A DNA stretch of 64,000 bases from a virus. The notes beneath the pieces were generated by a model. It had not been told where the DNA came from. It did not search any database and worked only from the letters and a program-made list of their open reading frames with translations. Shown piece after piece: positions 42,201 to 51,177 of the stretch. Numbering within the stretch: the stretch's first letter is position 1; each line of letters begins with the position of its first letter. A program made the position numbers and the translations under genes. The stretch lies in the IMG/VR virus record IMGVR_UViG_3300017917_001687, positions 1 to 64,000 of that record. The stretch is one strand, 5' to 3'.

Positions 42201-45026
42201 AGAACGGGTACAACCACAGGATCAACTGAGTCTGTAACATATTCTAATAAAAATAATGTCGGATTAAATCCATTTTATCATGCAATATTTAATCAGGTGG
42301 TAAATGGTTATAATCACTATAACACGTCACTTGGTAACTTATCTTATTCATCACAAACAATAACCAATAAGATTATACACAGGGTAAGACAAGAAAATCA
42401 AAGAAACCATTGGTCTGTTTTTATTGATAACTCACAATACGTTAGTGGTGATGATAATTACACACTTCTACCATCAAACAATTTGGGTACTCTAACAAGG
42501 GGCGAATCATTTGATGTTTCAGAACAAAACAATTTTAAAACATTATGGTGGACCAATGACACAACAACAGATACTTTATCGGGTTATACTTTTTCATCAT
42601 ATAAAGATTATCTTAGAAGTACTGGAAACACGTTTTCATTAACAACAAACTATAAAAAAGTAATTGATTTGATAGGTACTTTCAGTCCAAAAATATTAGA
42701 TACTTTTGAAAGTTACTTCTTAGACTTTGCTTCACAAACATCAAACAATGAAGTTAATTACCAAGTTTTTAATGGTACTGTTTATGATAAATTTCAAGAC
42801 TTGTTAAAAGATTTGTGTGTCGTTCCAAAAGGAAATGATCCTTCAGATATTGAGTTGTTAATAAACAATTTAAAAACCAAACAAAAAACAAATGCGGAAT
42901 TTGTTACTTCCTTCCTTTTAAGCAATTCTAATTTGATTAAATTTACATTGGCAAACCCAAAAGAATTAGATGCTTACATATTGTATGGGATGGGTAACTA
43001 TGGTGATTTAACAACATATGGTGTTGAACCATTTAGTATTTCAGATGTAAACACACAAACTCAAAATTTAATTGAGTTGTACATTGGTGAAGATATTGAT
43101 GGTCACTATTTAAATTTCTTCGGTGTTAATGATATTAAACTAACTGAGGAAAATATTATAAATTACAGACCGATAGCTCTTATATATGCTGGTTATGTTA
43201 ACGCCGGAAACACAAACACAAAAACAGCGTTTAGTGATTATTTGAGAAACGAAATTATTGCAAGAAGTGTAAACACAACTTCAACTGAAGGTGTGAAAGT
43301 ACCACAAGCTGGTTCAGATATAAGATTAATAAACTATCTAAACATTTTATTACCAAAACTAAGTACAATAAGAGTGGCAAACGATACATTCGTGGATCGT
43401 AAGTATAGGGGTTATAATACCAGTGACACAAAATTGGAATTATACAATACCTTCAAGTCATTTAATGATAAGTGGACTGCGGGTAACTCAATTGGACAAA
43501 GGTTACTACTTGAAGAATTTTTATTTTTAGATAAAGCAAACAAAGATATTGGTGACAATTTTTATCTAAACATTGATAGGATTAAACCTTTACTTGATCC
43601 TAAAAATAGTAAAACCAACTTATATGGTGCAATATCTATGTTAATACAGGGAACTGAATTAGATATGAGGGCACTACCAGCATATGTTAATTTTTACGGA
43701 ACCCCAATGACGAACAATAGATCAAGAATAACACCATCTAAAAATGTTGCAAAAAACATATTTGGTACGTTCTTGGATGTTGATTATCAAGAATCCACAC
43801 CAAAAATTATTATACAATATGTTGGTGGGGCATCTAAGAGACCCGACATGTCTGATAGTAGGGCGTATAAATTTAATGATGATGGTTTTAATATTGGATC
43901 AATAAATAACAATCCAATAGTGATAACATCGCTAACTGATTTTAATAATGTTGATTTAACCAAGTCAAACAGGGCAGTTGCTTTTGAAGTTAGTTTTGGA
44001 GATCAAAACCAAGGTATATTCAAAGGATTACAATTAGACCAAGCATCTTTAAAAAACACATCTGAAAGTTTTGTAGTAATGGAAAACTTAGCAAGGTCAT
44101 CGTCTGGTGCAGGTGCATATAATGTTGACGTTGGATTATTTGATTTATATAAAACACAATCATATAAATGTGATGTAACATCCATGGGTAATGTTATGAT
44201 ACAACCAACCATGTTCTTTTATTTGAAAAACATACCTATGTTTAGGGGAACATATTGGATTACTGAAGTTAGTCATAATATTAGGGGTAATAACATCACT
44301 ACATCATTTACTGGTACAAGAATACCTTTTACTTCATTACCCGATCCAAAAGACTCTTTTGTTTCAAGTTATAGAGTTTTATTTGATAAAATAGCAGCGA
44401 AAGCGGTTGCATTATTTAAACAAAGAGAAGAAGATAGAAAAACAAATACAACTGAACCTATTGAATATGATGGTGTGACTTTTATTACTGATAGGGGTCC
44501 CGAATCTAACCGAATTACTGGTGAAGAGATTACAAAGACATCACCAAAAGTAGGTATAACCGAGTTTGGTTTACCATATAATGGTTATGAAGAAGAAAGA
44601 TTAATACAAAAAATTGACAATCCAAACTATGGTGGTACATGGTTAAGAGCCGTTGTTGCAAAAATAAATGGTAAGAACTATAAAATTGAGGATGACAAAA
44701 CAATGAACATTGTTAACAATTTGACTTGGTCACAATTGAATCCAAAAACAAATAAATTTTATAGTACAAGATTTAGAGTATCTCAAAAATACTCGGCAGA
44801 AAAGATACGAACTGCAACAACTACATTTTTAAACCCACTAAATAAAAAACAAGTAGTTTTAACACCAAATTACCAATTAGACCCTACTTTGGGTAATATT
44901 CTAACTCAAGGACCTGTTAGTTCGGGACCCGATTCTAAAGAGTATGGTATAACGATGTCTGAGTCTTTAATGAGTGAATTGGGATTATTTGATGGTAATG
45001 TGGTGTATTTTAGAATGAATAGTTAA
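39204..45026 (+). CDS. Large baseplate hub-like structural protein
   Basis: Follows the LysM gene; C-terminal MGNVMIQP...MFRGTYWITEVSHNI (gp27/gpD-like hub pattern). Confidence 0.55.
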   Translation: MENNKDLTNSENILVKVDQNNLIFIDPNSVIDPDGQIQPRGVKQENLVMYVNLEADLVPRTTLISDNDRGNTLTQIAKGNLNFLKNQTGDGNFDTSWTDSFIPKPKESENSDTLNGKDLSFSQGQFTDPSAQTFGIESISIVVKGANFVPQVNINFVDVRGKTLFESGNNSPYNAFFHIPWPIFYLTVKGYYGKAIRYRLHLVKFSSKFNDSNGNFEISTSFVGSTYAYLNDIPLSAVINAPYMYVNEVNEDKEFDEKRGLYVKKATQSSKGYSILKSVYQQYKQKGLIPNDFPVKTLMDLGYIAQTLDKILEQQVFSSVDMGVFKGVKDLDTALNGFENETKAWAKKNLSNTEYAVVNKNGSTTNEIEPDELNKWYFLNGSSDKRTSFDKITGTTKTGTLEFLLENNKTKINNAVNFLKEYKKTSDANFTKLSVSTIKDINEYVTNKTTGKFVAVGINQLFADIFEIRKSFEEQNRKLEDAVEKRMNEIIRSPNALGFEPTIRNIFAVLLANAEVYIRLMKDVHNRAFEKSKERVKLIGNLSKESKGESIYPWPEVKKPVSAGKQNVIAYPGEPELLSKLKSTNKNLWPEVDFVETYVDTVTNKIETNVKDEPTRNEVTYVFETNGDFNAVEDLSTMDLLTNSLPYIDKSYAGFVYEIYERAKYVTLFDSFSNDFLIALANEEFKNIEQIIKEDIDLVDFVKNITSVNSLINTTYTSTELDNGKVTSNVTYGGYLYSLSPYERFSYFKDNLPTVDYIRSIIDEPFKFEPYQFTNLDKLTKKGDLGDSEEKFNNELLKYEPENYRMKIYPFSSNTYLNYIGKESFTRDNFKFNGIFKINTSEGFITTPVKTTSWVKNGYTDNMFTQNMTIGKSSVNVLNTPFFHNQLFSDFTKTSTYGKYTGSAYLLLNSLPFIDLDETITFDDKSILTSSIFREISGTHFVPYHLILKWGSIYHRYKRYITEGVDILNGCLNTNDITQPITGSTFFDNDSGLTFTVLTRTGTTTGSTESVTYSNKNNVGLNPFYHAIFNQVVNGYNHYNTSLGNLSYSSQTITNKIIHRVRQENQRNHWSVFIDNSQYVSGDDNYTLLPSNNLGTLTRGESFDVSEQNNFKTLWWTNDTTTDTLSGYTFSSYKDYLRSTGNTFSLTTNYKKVIDLIGTFSPKILDTFESYFLDFASQTSNNEVNYQVFNGTVYDKFQDLLKDLCVVPKGNDPSDIELLINNLKTKQKTNAEFVTSFLLSNSNLIKFTLANPKELDAYILYGMGNYGDLTTYGVEPFSISDVNTQTQNLIELYIGEDIDGHYLNFFGVNDIKLTEENIINYRPIALIYAGYVNAGNTNTKTAFSDYLRNEIIARSVNTTSTEGVKVPQAGSDIRLINYLNILLPKLSTIRVANDTFVDRKYRGYNTSDTKLELYNTFKSFNDKWTAGNSIGQRLLLEEFLFLDKANKDIGDNFYLNIDRIKPLLDPKNSKTNLYGAISMLIQGTELDMRALPAYVNFYGTPMTNNRSRITPSKNVAKNIFGTFLDVDYQESTPKIIIQYVGGASKRPDMSDSRAYKFNDDGFNIGSINNNPIVITSLTDFNNVDLTKSNRAVAFEVSFGDQNQGIFKGLQLDQASLKNTSESFVVMENLARSSSGAGAYNVDVGLFDLYKTQSYKCDVTSMGNVMIQPTMFFYLKNIPMFRGTYWITEVSHNIRGNNITTSFTGTRIPFTSLPDPKDSFVSSYRVLFDKIAAKAVALFKQREEDRKTNTTEPIEYDGVTFITDRGPESNRITGEEITKTSPKVGITEFGLPYNGYEEERLIQKIDNPNYGGTWLRAVVAKINGKNYKIEDDKTMNIVNNLTWSQLNPKTNKFYSTRFRVSQKYSAEKIRTATTTFLNPLNKKQVVLTPNYQLDPTLGNILTQGPVSSGPDSKEYGITMSESLMSELGLFDGNVVYFRMNS

Positions 45027-45067
45027 CATTTTTTGGGATTACATGATATTTATAAAGAAAAAACATT

Positions 45068-45271
45068 ATGAGTAATTATAATTTAAACAAGACGTTAGAC
45101 AACTTTGTGTCACCAAAACAGGTGAGAAACGTTTCTAATGACGGGATGGAAAGAGAAGAATGTGACTTACAAACCGGAGAATGTTATGTAATCAGATCTA
45201 AAGACGGAATTGTTGAAAGAATCAACAAGAAAGTCATAACCGAAGATGGAAGACAACTTTTACAAGACTAA
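45068..45271 (+). CDS. Hypothetical small protein
   Basis: 67 aa, CDLQTGEC; preceded by TATTTATA at 45047. Confidence 0.65.
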   Translation: MSNYNLNKTLDNFVSPKQVRNVSNDGMEREECDLQTGECYVIRSKDGIVERINKKVITEDGRQLLQD

Positions 45272-45275
45272 TAAA

Positions 45276-45917
45276 ATGAAACAACTTGAAAAAAAATTAT
45301 TAGAGGAAGTTAATCGTTTTAGACAGATTAACAAATACACCGCAAACTTACTTAAAGAACAAGAAGCGGCACCTGCGGGTGAACTACCCCCACCACCAGG
45401 TGATGAGGCTTTACCAGCACCAGACGAAGCCTTACCTCCAACAGACGTACCTGCAGAAACCTCTGCAGACGTACCACCAGTTGAAGAGGATAATACTGAA
45501 GAAATCGATATCACTGATTTAGTTAATATGACAAAATCAATTAAGAAAGATATTGATGACAACAAAAATGAACATGGTGATGTTTTAAATAAAATGGACG
45601 ATGTTTTCACCAAACTAAGTGATTTAGAATCAAAACTATCACAAATGGATTCTATCATAACTAGAATTGATGACTTAGGTAACAAAGTGGAAAACATGAG
45701 GGAAAAAACACCCGAAGAAAAATTGGAACTTCGTTCATTAGATTCATACCCATTTAACCAAAACCCTCAAGAGTTCTTTTCACAAAAACAAGGTGAAATG
45801 AGAGCTTCAGGAAAAAATGAATACGTTATCAATAAACAAGACATCGGATCGTACTCATTAGATACGATTAGAGATACTTTTAATCCTGAAAACGAAGAAG
45901 ATGAATTTACATACTAA
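45276..45917 (+). CDS. Acidic coiled-coil protein, possible internal head/scaffold protein
   Basis: LLEEVNRFRQI N-terminus, Pro/Ala/Glu linker, heptad coiled coil; start moved to MKQLEK. Confidence 0.6.
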   Translation: MKQLEKKLLEEVNRFRQINKYTANLLKEQEAAPAGELPPPPGDEALPAPDEALPPTDVPAETSADVPPVEEDNTEEIDITDLVNMTKSIKKDIDDNKNEHGDVLNKMDDVFTKLSDLESKLSQMDSIITRIDDLGNKVENMREKTPEEKLELRSLDSYPFNQNPQEFFSQKQGEMRASGKNEYVINKQDIGSYSLDTIRDTFNPENEEDEFTY

Positions 45918-46272
45918 AGTAAACTTATTATTAGGTATCCATGCACAATTGAAGGTATTTCATTGGCAAACAAAAGGATATGCAAGACATAATGCATTTG
46001 CACAAACCAGAGATGAATTGGAGGACTTAATGGATTCATTTATTGAGGAGGCGATGGGTAAATATGGTAGATTCACGTTAGATGATGAAACTAATACATT
46101 GAAATTGTTTAACTTATCTGAGTTAAAACCTGCCGAAATGGTAGAAACCATATGTCAATCATTTATTGGTTTTACAGAAGAATTAGACCCCGTTGATACA
46201 AATTTATTGAATATTCGAGACGAAATGTTAGGTTTATTCCAAAAATTAAAGTATCTTTTAACATTGGAATAA
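45901..46272 (+). CDS. Ferritin/Dps-like four-helix protein
   Basis: HWQT...ARH.AF.....L..L.D.FIE..MGKYGR and LLNIRDEML...KYLLTL. Confidence 0.75.
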   Translation: MNLHTKVNLLLGIHAQLKVFHWQTKGYARHNAFAQTRDELEDLMDSFIEEAMGKYGRFTLDDETNTLKLFNLSELKPAEMVETICQSFIGFTEELDPVDTNLLNIRDEMLGLFQKLKYLLTLE

Positions 46273-46297
46273 CCACCGAAAAAATATTTTAAAAAAA

Positions 46298-46330
46298 AGA
46301 AAGGTCAGATTTTGTAATCTGACTTTTTTT
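46298..46330 (+). terminator. Intrinsic terminator
   Basis: aaggtcagatt-ttgt-aatctgacttttttt. Confidence 0.75.
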
Positions 46331-46365
46331 GTTTATACTTTATCTACAATTTAATTAAATAATAT

Positions 46366-47211
46366 ATGTCAACATTTGATGCAGTACTGGCTCAGTACGA
46401 AAAAAACAAAAACGCTGCAAGCAGCAACAAAGTATCTCAAGAAGATAGACTAAAAAAGTATTTTACAACTCTTTTACCTAAAGGTGCTAGAAGTGGTGAA
46501 AAACGTATCCGTATCCTACCTACCAAAGATGGTAGTTCTCCCTTTGCCGAATCTTACTTTCATGAAATCCAAGTAGATGGTAATTGGGTAAAACTTTATG
46601 ACCCTAAACAAGAAGGTAAACGTTCACCATTAAATGAAGTTTATGAGGGTCTTATGATGACCGGTGTTGAAGCCGATAAGGTTTTGGCTCGTCAGTATCG
46701 TGCTCGTAAATTCTACATTGTTAAAGTTATTGATCGTGAAAACGAACAAGATGGTGTTAAATTTTGGAGATTTAAACACAATAGTAAAGGTGAGGGTGTT
46801 TTAGACAAAATTTTCCCACTTTTCAAAAACAAAGGTGATATTACCGATTTAGAAAAAGGTCGTGATTTAATTATCACTTTAGGATTAACTAAAGCGGGAA
46901 ATGGTCGTGAATACACAACAATCACCTCTATTATCCCTGAAGACCAATCACCACTACATGTGGACAAGGAAACTGCTCAATCATGGGTTAATGATGAATT
47001 AACATGGTCAGATGTTTACTCAAAGAAACCTGAAGAGTATCTTGAAATGATTGCCAAAGGTGAAGTACCTAAGTGGGATTCTGAAACCAAAAAATGGGTA
47101 TCAGGATCTACAGAAGAGACAACATTAATGTCTCCTCCAGCATCAAGCACAAAAGTACCTGATTACGATCCACAAGAAAATGATTCTGAGGACGATGATC
47201 TACCTTTCTAA
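46366..47211 (+). CDS. Single-stranded DNA-binding protein (T4 gp32-like)
   Basis: RIRILP, VIDR, GRDL, acidic C-terminal tail EDDDLPF. Confidence 0.8.
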   Translation: MSTFDAVLAQYEKNKNAASSNKVSQEDRLKKYFTTLLPKGARSGEKRIRILPTKDGSSPFAESYFHEIQVDGNWVKLYDPKQEGKRSPLNEVYEGLMMTGVEADKVLARQYRARKFYIVKVIDRENEQDGVKFWRFKHNSKGEGVLDKIFPLFKNKGDITDLEKGRDLIITLGLTKAGNGREYTTITSIIPEDQSPLHVDKETAQSWVNDELTWSDVYSKKPEEYLEMIAKGEVPKWDSETKKWVSGSTEETTLMSPPASSTKVPDYDPQENDSEDDDLPF

Positions 47212-47223
47212 AAAATAACTAAC

Positions 47224-47258
47224 AACTTGGACACTTAGACATAAAAAGTGTCCAAGTT
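47224..47258. promoter_or_regulatory. Perfect 13-bp hairpin between ssb and recA-like gene
   Basis: AACTTGGACACTT-9 nt-AAGTGTCCAAGTT. Confidence 0.6.
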
Positions 47259-47273
47259 TAAAATTAAAATATT

Positions 47274-48263
47274 ATGGCAATTAAGAAAAAAGAATTTAAA
47301 CCACTTGATTTTAAGGAAAAGTTTTCCACTAAAACAAAATACAAAGAAACCAATTTCTACTTCTGTGGTGATGCGGTATTGAAAGCGTGTGGAATGCCAG
47401 GTCCGGTTATGGGTGGTGTTAATATGTTATTAGGACATAGTAACTCATCAAAAACAACCGCAATGATTTTGGCGGCAGCAGATGCTCAGAGAAAGGGTCA
47501 CCTTCCGGTATTCATTATTACCGAGAAAAAATGGAGTTGGGAACATGCTGTTGAATTAGGATTACAGGCGGAAAAAAATGCGGACGGAGAGTGGGATGGT
47601 CATTTCATATTTAACGATAGTTTTGACTATATTGAACAAGCAACCGATTTTATTAATGAAATATTGGATACACAAGAAAAGGGTGAATTACCATATTCAT
47701 TATTATTCTTATGGGATTCTGTTGGTTCAATACCATGTAAGATGACATTTGAAGGTAAAGGTGGTAAAATGCACAACGCATCTACTTTATCTGACAAAAT
47801 CGGTATGGGAATTCACTCAAGAATATCAAAGTCTAAAAAGGAAGATTACCCATATTACAACACATTAGTCGTTGTTAACCAACCATGGGTTGATTTACCG
47901 GATAATCCATTTGGACAACCTGAAATTAAGGCTAAAGGTGGTGAGGCATTATGGTTGGCGTCTTCAATAATTTTCTTGTTTGGAAATCAGAAAAAGTCAG
48001 GTATAAACCACATTACCGCAACCAAAAATGGTAGAACAGTATCATATGCAATCAGAACCAAAATATCAATTATTAAAAATCACGTAAATGGTTTACAATA
48101 CAAAGATGGTAAAATCATTGCGACCCCACATGGTTATATTGATGATGATAAAGACGCATTGGATGCTTACAAAAAGGAACATTCCGACTACTGGAACGCA
48201 ATATTATCGGGTACCGGAGAGATGACTTTTGGAGAAACGGCTGACGAGTATATTGAGGACTAA
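47274..48263 (+). CDS. RecA/UvsX-like recombinase
   Basis: Walker A-like GHSNSSKT, FIITE, Walker B LWDSVG, VVNQ, KGGEAL, KNH. Confidence 0.85.
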   Translation: MAIKKKEFKPLDFKEKFSTKTKYKETNFYFCGDAVLKACGMPGPVMGGVNMLLGHSNSSKTTAMILAAADAQRKGHLPVFIITEKKWSWEHAVELGLQAEKNADGEWDGHFIFNDSFDYIEQATDFINEILDTQEKGELPYSLLFLWDSVGSIPCKMTFEGKGGKMHNASTLSDKIGMGIHSRISKSKKEDYPYYNTLVVVNQPWVDLPDNPFGQPEIKAKGGEALWLASSIIFLFGNQKKSGINHITATKNGRTVSYAIRTKISIIKNHVNGLQYKDGKIIATPHGYIDDDKDALDAYKKEHSDYWNAILSGTGEMTFGETADEYIED

Positions 48264-48281
48264 CCTATAAAAACAAACTAA

Positions 48282-49304
48282 ATGTCTAACGTACTATTAG
48301 TAGATGGAGATAACTTATTAACGATTGGTTTTTTTGGTTTAAAAAATCATTTTTATAAAGGACAACACATTGGTGGACTATTTCATTTTATCAACACAAT
48401 TCGTAAAATGATTGAAGTCCACCATCTTGATAAAGTTGTTGTTTTTTGGGATGGTGAAGAAGGATCTGAAACGAGAAGAAAATTTTATCATCATTATAAA
48501 CAAAACAGAAAATCAAGAATCAGGACCGAAGAAGAGATGAACTCTTATGGTCACCAAAGAAATAGGGTAAAACAATACTTAGAAGAACTATTTGTTCGAC
48601 AAGGTGAGTTTGAATTTTGTGAGACAGATGATGCAATCGCATATTACTCACAAAACTCACCAAAAGAAAAAAAGATTGTTTTTTCATCAGATGGGGATTT
48701 AACACAATTAGTGTCTGAAGATACAAAAATCTATAACCCATCATTTTCAAAAATGTATCAACCAAATGATATGTTCGTATATGACCACGAAGAAGTTTTA
48801 ATTGAGAACATTAAAATTGTTAAAATACTTTGTGGTGATAAATCCGATAATATTGCTGGCATTAAAAATCTTGGAATAAGAACACTTATAACTAATGTAC
48901 CTGAAATAAGAACAGAGAGAATAACATTAGAGTATGTTCGTAATAGATTCAATGTTCTATTCGAGGAAAACAGAGACAATCGTGTTATAAATAACTTCTT
49001 AACAGGTGTAACCAAACACGGGGTTTTAGGTGAAGAGTTTTTTGATGTGAACAATCGTATTGTAAGTTTAGATAATCCTTTTTTAACCGACTATGCAAAA
49101 TCGTATATAGAGGATTTAATAAACGAAAATATGGACCCGGAGGGTAGGTCATATAAAAACACAATGAAAATGATGGTGGAAGATGGAATATTCCTTCTAT
49201 TACCCAAATCTGATGATGCGTGGATTAGATTTTTAAATCCTTTTTTAAGGTTAACAAGAAAAGAAAAAAATAAAAAAACAATAAAAATTAGAAACAATGA
49301 ATAA
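48282..49304 (+). CDS. 5'-3' exonuclease / flap endonuclease (T4 RNase H-like)
   Basis: LLVDG, YKQNR, ETDDAIA, SSDGDL.QL, GDKSDNIAGI. Confidence 0.9.
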   Translation: MSNVLLVDGDNLLTIGFFGLKNHFYKGQHIGGLFHFINTIRKMIEVHHLDKVVVFWDGEEGSETRRKFYHHYKQNRKSRIRTEEEMNSYGHQRNRVKQYLEELFVRQGEFEFCETDDAIAYYSQNSPKEKKIVFSSDGDLTQLVSEDTKIYNPSFSKMYQPNDMFVYDHEEVLIENIKIVKILCGDKSDNIAGIKNLGIRTLITNVPEIRTERITLEYVRNRFNVLFEENRDNRVINNFLTGVTKHGVLGEEFFDVNNRIVSLDNPFLTDYAKSYIEDLINENMDPEGRSYKNTMKMMVEDGIFLLLPKSDDAWIRFLNPFLRLTRKEKNKKTIKIRNNE

Positions 49305-49740
49305 TCAAGACTTAACAAAATTTGAGTTTATTTTAACTCTACAAAACAACATCGTATGTCAACGTTTCTTCAACGTTAGAGAACACAATTTGGTAGCAAA
49401 AAAATCTATGGATTTATATTACTACGTAAAAAATATTTGTGACGAAATCAGTGAAGATTTGAAAATAAAAACTTTGGATTATCTACATGAAAATCGTGAT
49501 TATTTTTACGCTTTAGATGAATTGGGTAATAACGAAACAGAAGAAAAAGAAAACTTTTTGTTGAAGATTAAACTCGGTGACGAAGTATTTATTCAAAGAA
49601 TGTTTCCCGCAAATATCTATCATCCAAAAGTTAGATATACGGTAGATATTCGTCCCCACTTGAAAAGATATTTATCAGATCTAACGATCATACTATCTTC
49701 TCATGAATTGGAAACAACATATTTAAATTACGAACTATAA
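49297..49740 (+). CDS. Hypothetical protein in replication block
   Basis: 147-aa ORF overlapping the exonuclease stop. Confidence 0.7.
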   Translation: MNNQDLTKFEFILTLQNNIVCQRFFNVREHNLVAKKSMDLYYYVKNICDEISEDLKIKTLDYLHENRDYFYALDELGNNETEEKENFLLKIKLGDEVFIQRMFPANIYHPKVRYTVDIRPHLKRYLSDLTIILSSHELETTYLNYEL

Positions 49741-49755
49741 AAAAGGAAAAAACAC

Positions 49756-51132
49756 ATGGCAGAAAAGAATTTTGGATTTCTCGGGGCATCGTTCCAACAA
49801 TCACTATTAAAATCAATCATCGAAGATAAAAAATATGGTGAGCAGATTATAGATGTTATCGAGAGTAAATATTTTGACAACAATTCTTTCAGATTTATAG
49901 TTGAAAACATCAAAGAATATTACAACAAATATAACAAAACACCCAACTACGATTCATTATCACAAAAAATAATACTTGAAATGGGTTCCAAGGAAGGATC
50001 AATGATACACCTTGACACCATTGAAAATATTAAAGAAAACACCCAAGATTCACAATTGGTTAGGGATGAGGCGTTAAATTTTTGTAAACAACAAAACCTC
50101 AAAAAAGAACTAAAAAAAGTTCAAACAATTATTGACAACGGGGCTTTTCAACAATACCACGAAATTGAAGGTATTATTCAAAAAGCATTACAAGTTGGGT
50201 TACCGCCACAAGAGTCTATGGACGTTTTTCACGATATTGATGGTGCCCTTGAACCGGATAATAGAAACCCAATTCCAACAGGTGTCAATGGTTTGGACTT
50301 AGCATTAAAAGGTGGTTTAGGTAAGAGAGAGTTAGGTGTGGTTTTAGCACCAACAGGTACAGGTAAAACAACATTATTGACCTTGTTCTCAAATACTGCA
50401 TACAATCACAATTTCAGTGTTTTACAGATATTTTTTGAAGACAATCCAGCAAATATTAAAAGAAAACACTTTACTATTTGGACTGGAATTGAACCCGATG
50501 AACAACCTGAAAGAAAAGAAGAGGTAAAATCTATGGTTGAAGACATTAAACTTAACAACCCAGCAACACTGGACATAGTTAAGTTACCGAGTGATTCGGT
50601 TACAATATCTGAAATCAAATCAAGAATCAGAAAACATCTTTCTGATGGTAAAAAATTAGACCTATTAGTAATTGACTATGTTGATTGTATCTCACCTGAA
50701 AGATCCACATTTGGTGAAGAGTGGAAAGGTGAAGGTTCTGTAATGAGAAGTCTTGAGGCAATGACCGATGAATTCGGAATAGCAATATGGACCGCTACAC
50801 AAGGAAATCGAGATTCGATTTCATCTGAAGTTGTTACAACAGACCAAATGGGTGGTTCGATTAAGAAAGCACAAATTGGTCACGTAGTTCTATCTGTTGG
50901 TAAGACGTTAGAACAAAAAGAGCACAATTTAGCCACAATGACATTATTAAAATCAAGAATCGGTCAAGATGGGATTATATGGTCTAATTGTAAGTTTGAC
51001 AATAAGTTTTTAGTTATTGATACTGAAAGTCAAACAACACTTCTTGGTCATCAAGAAGAAAAAGAAAAAACCCAAGCAACACGAGCTAGGGACGCATTTA
51101 TGAATAGACAGAAAATGCTTAATCGTGGATAA
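49756..51132 (+). CDS. DnaB-like replicative helicase (gp41-like)
   Basis: APTGTGKT Walker A, VIDYVD Walker B, WTATQ.NR, KSR.G. Confidence 0.9.
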   Translation: MAEKNFGFLGASFQQSLLKSIIEDKKYGEQIIDVIESKYFDNNSFRFIVENIKEYYNKYNKTPNYDSLSQKIILEMGSKEGSMIHLDTIENIKENTQDSQLVRDEALNFCKQQNLKKELKKVQTIIDNGAFQQYHEIEGIIQKALQVGLPPQESMDVFHDIDGALEPDNRNPIPTGVNGLDLALKGGLGKRELGVVLAPTGTGKTTLLTLFSNTAYNHNFSVLQIFFEDNPANIKRKHFTIWTGIEPDEQPERKEEVKSMVEDIKLNNPATLDIVKLPSDSVTISEIKSRIRKHLSDGKKLDLLVIDYVDCISPERSTFGEEWKGEGSVMRSLEAMTDEFGIAIWTATQGNRDSISSEVVTTDQMGGSIKKAQIGHVVLSVGKTLEQKEHNLATMTLLKSRIGQDGIIWSNCKFDNKFLVIDTESQTTLLGHQEEKEKTQATRARDAFMNRQKMLNRG

Positions 51133-51177
51133 TAAACAAAAAAATTTTACTAACTAAAAAAAAATAAATTTATCACT

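Noticed and set aside
51133-51177. Cobalamin riboswitch before nrdJ
   Set aside because: The gap is only 45 nt and A-rich, too short and unstructured.
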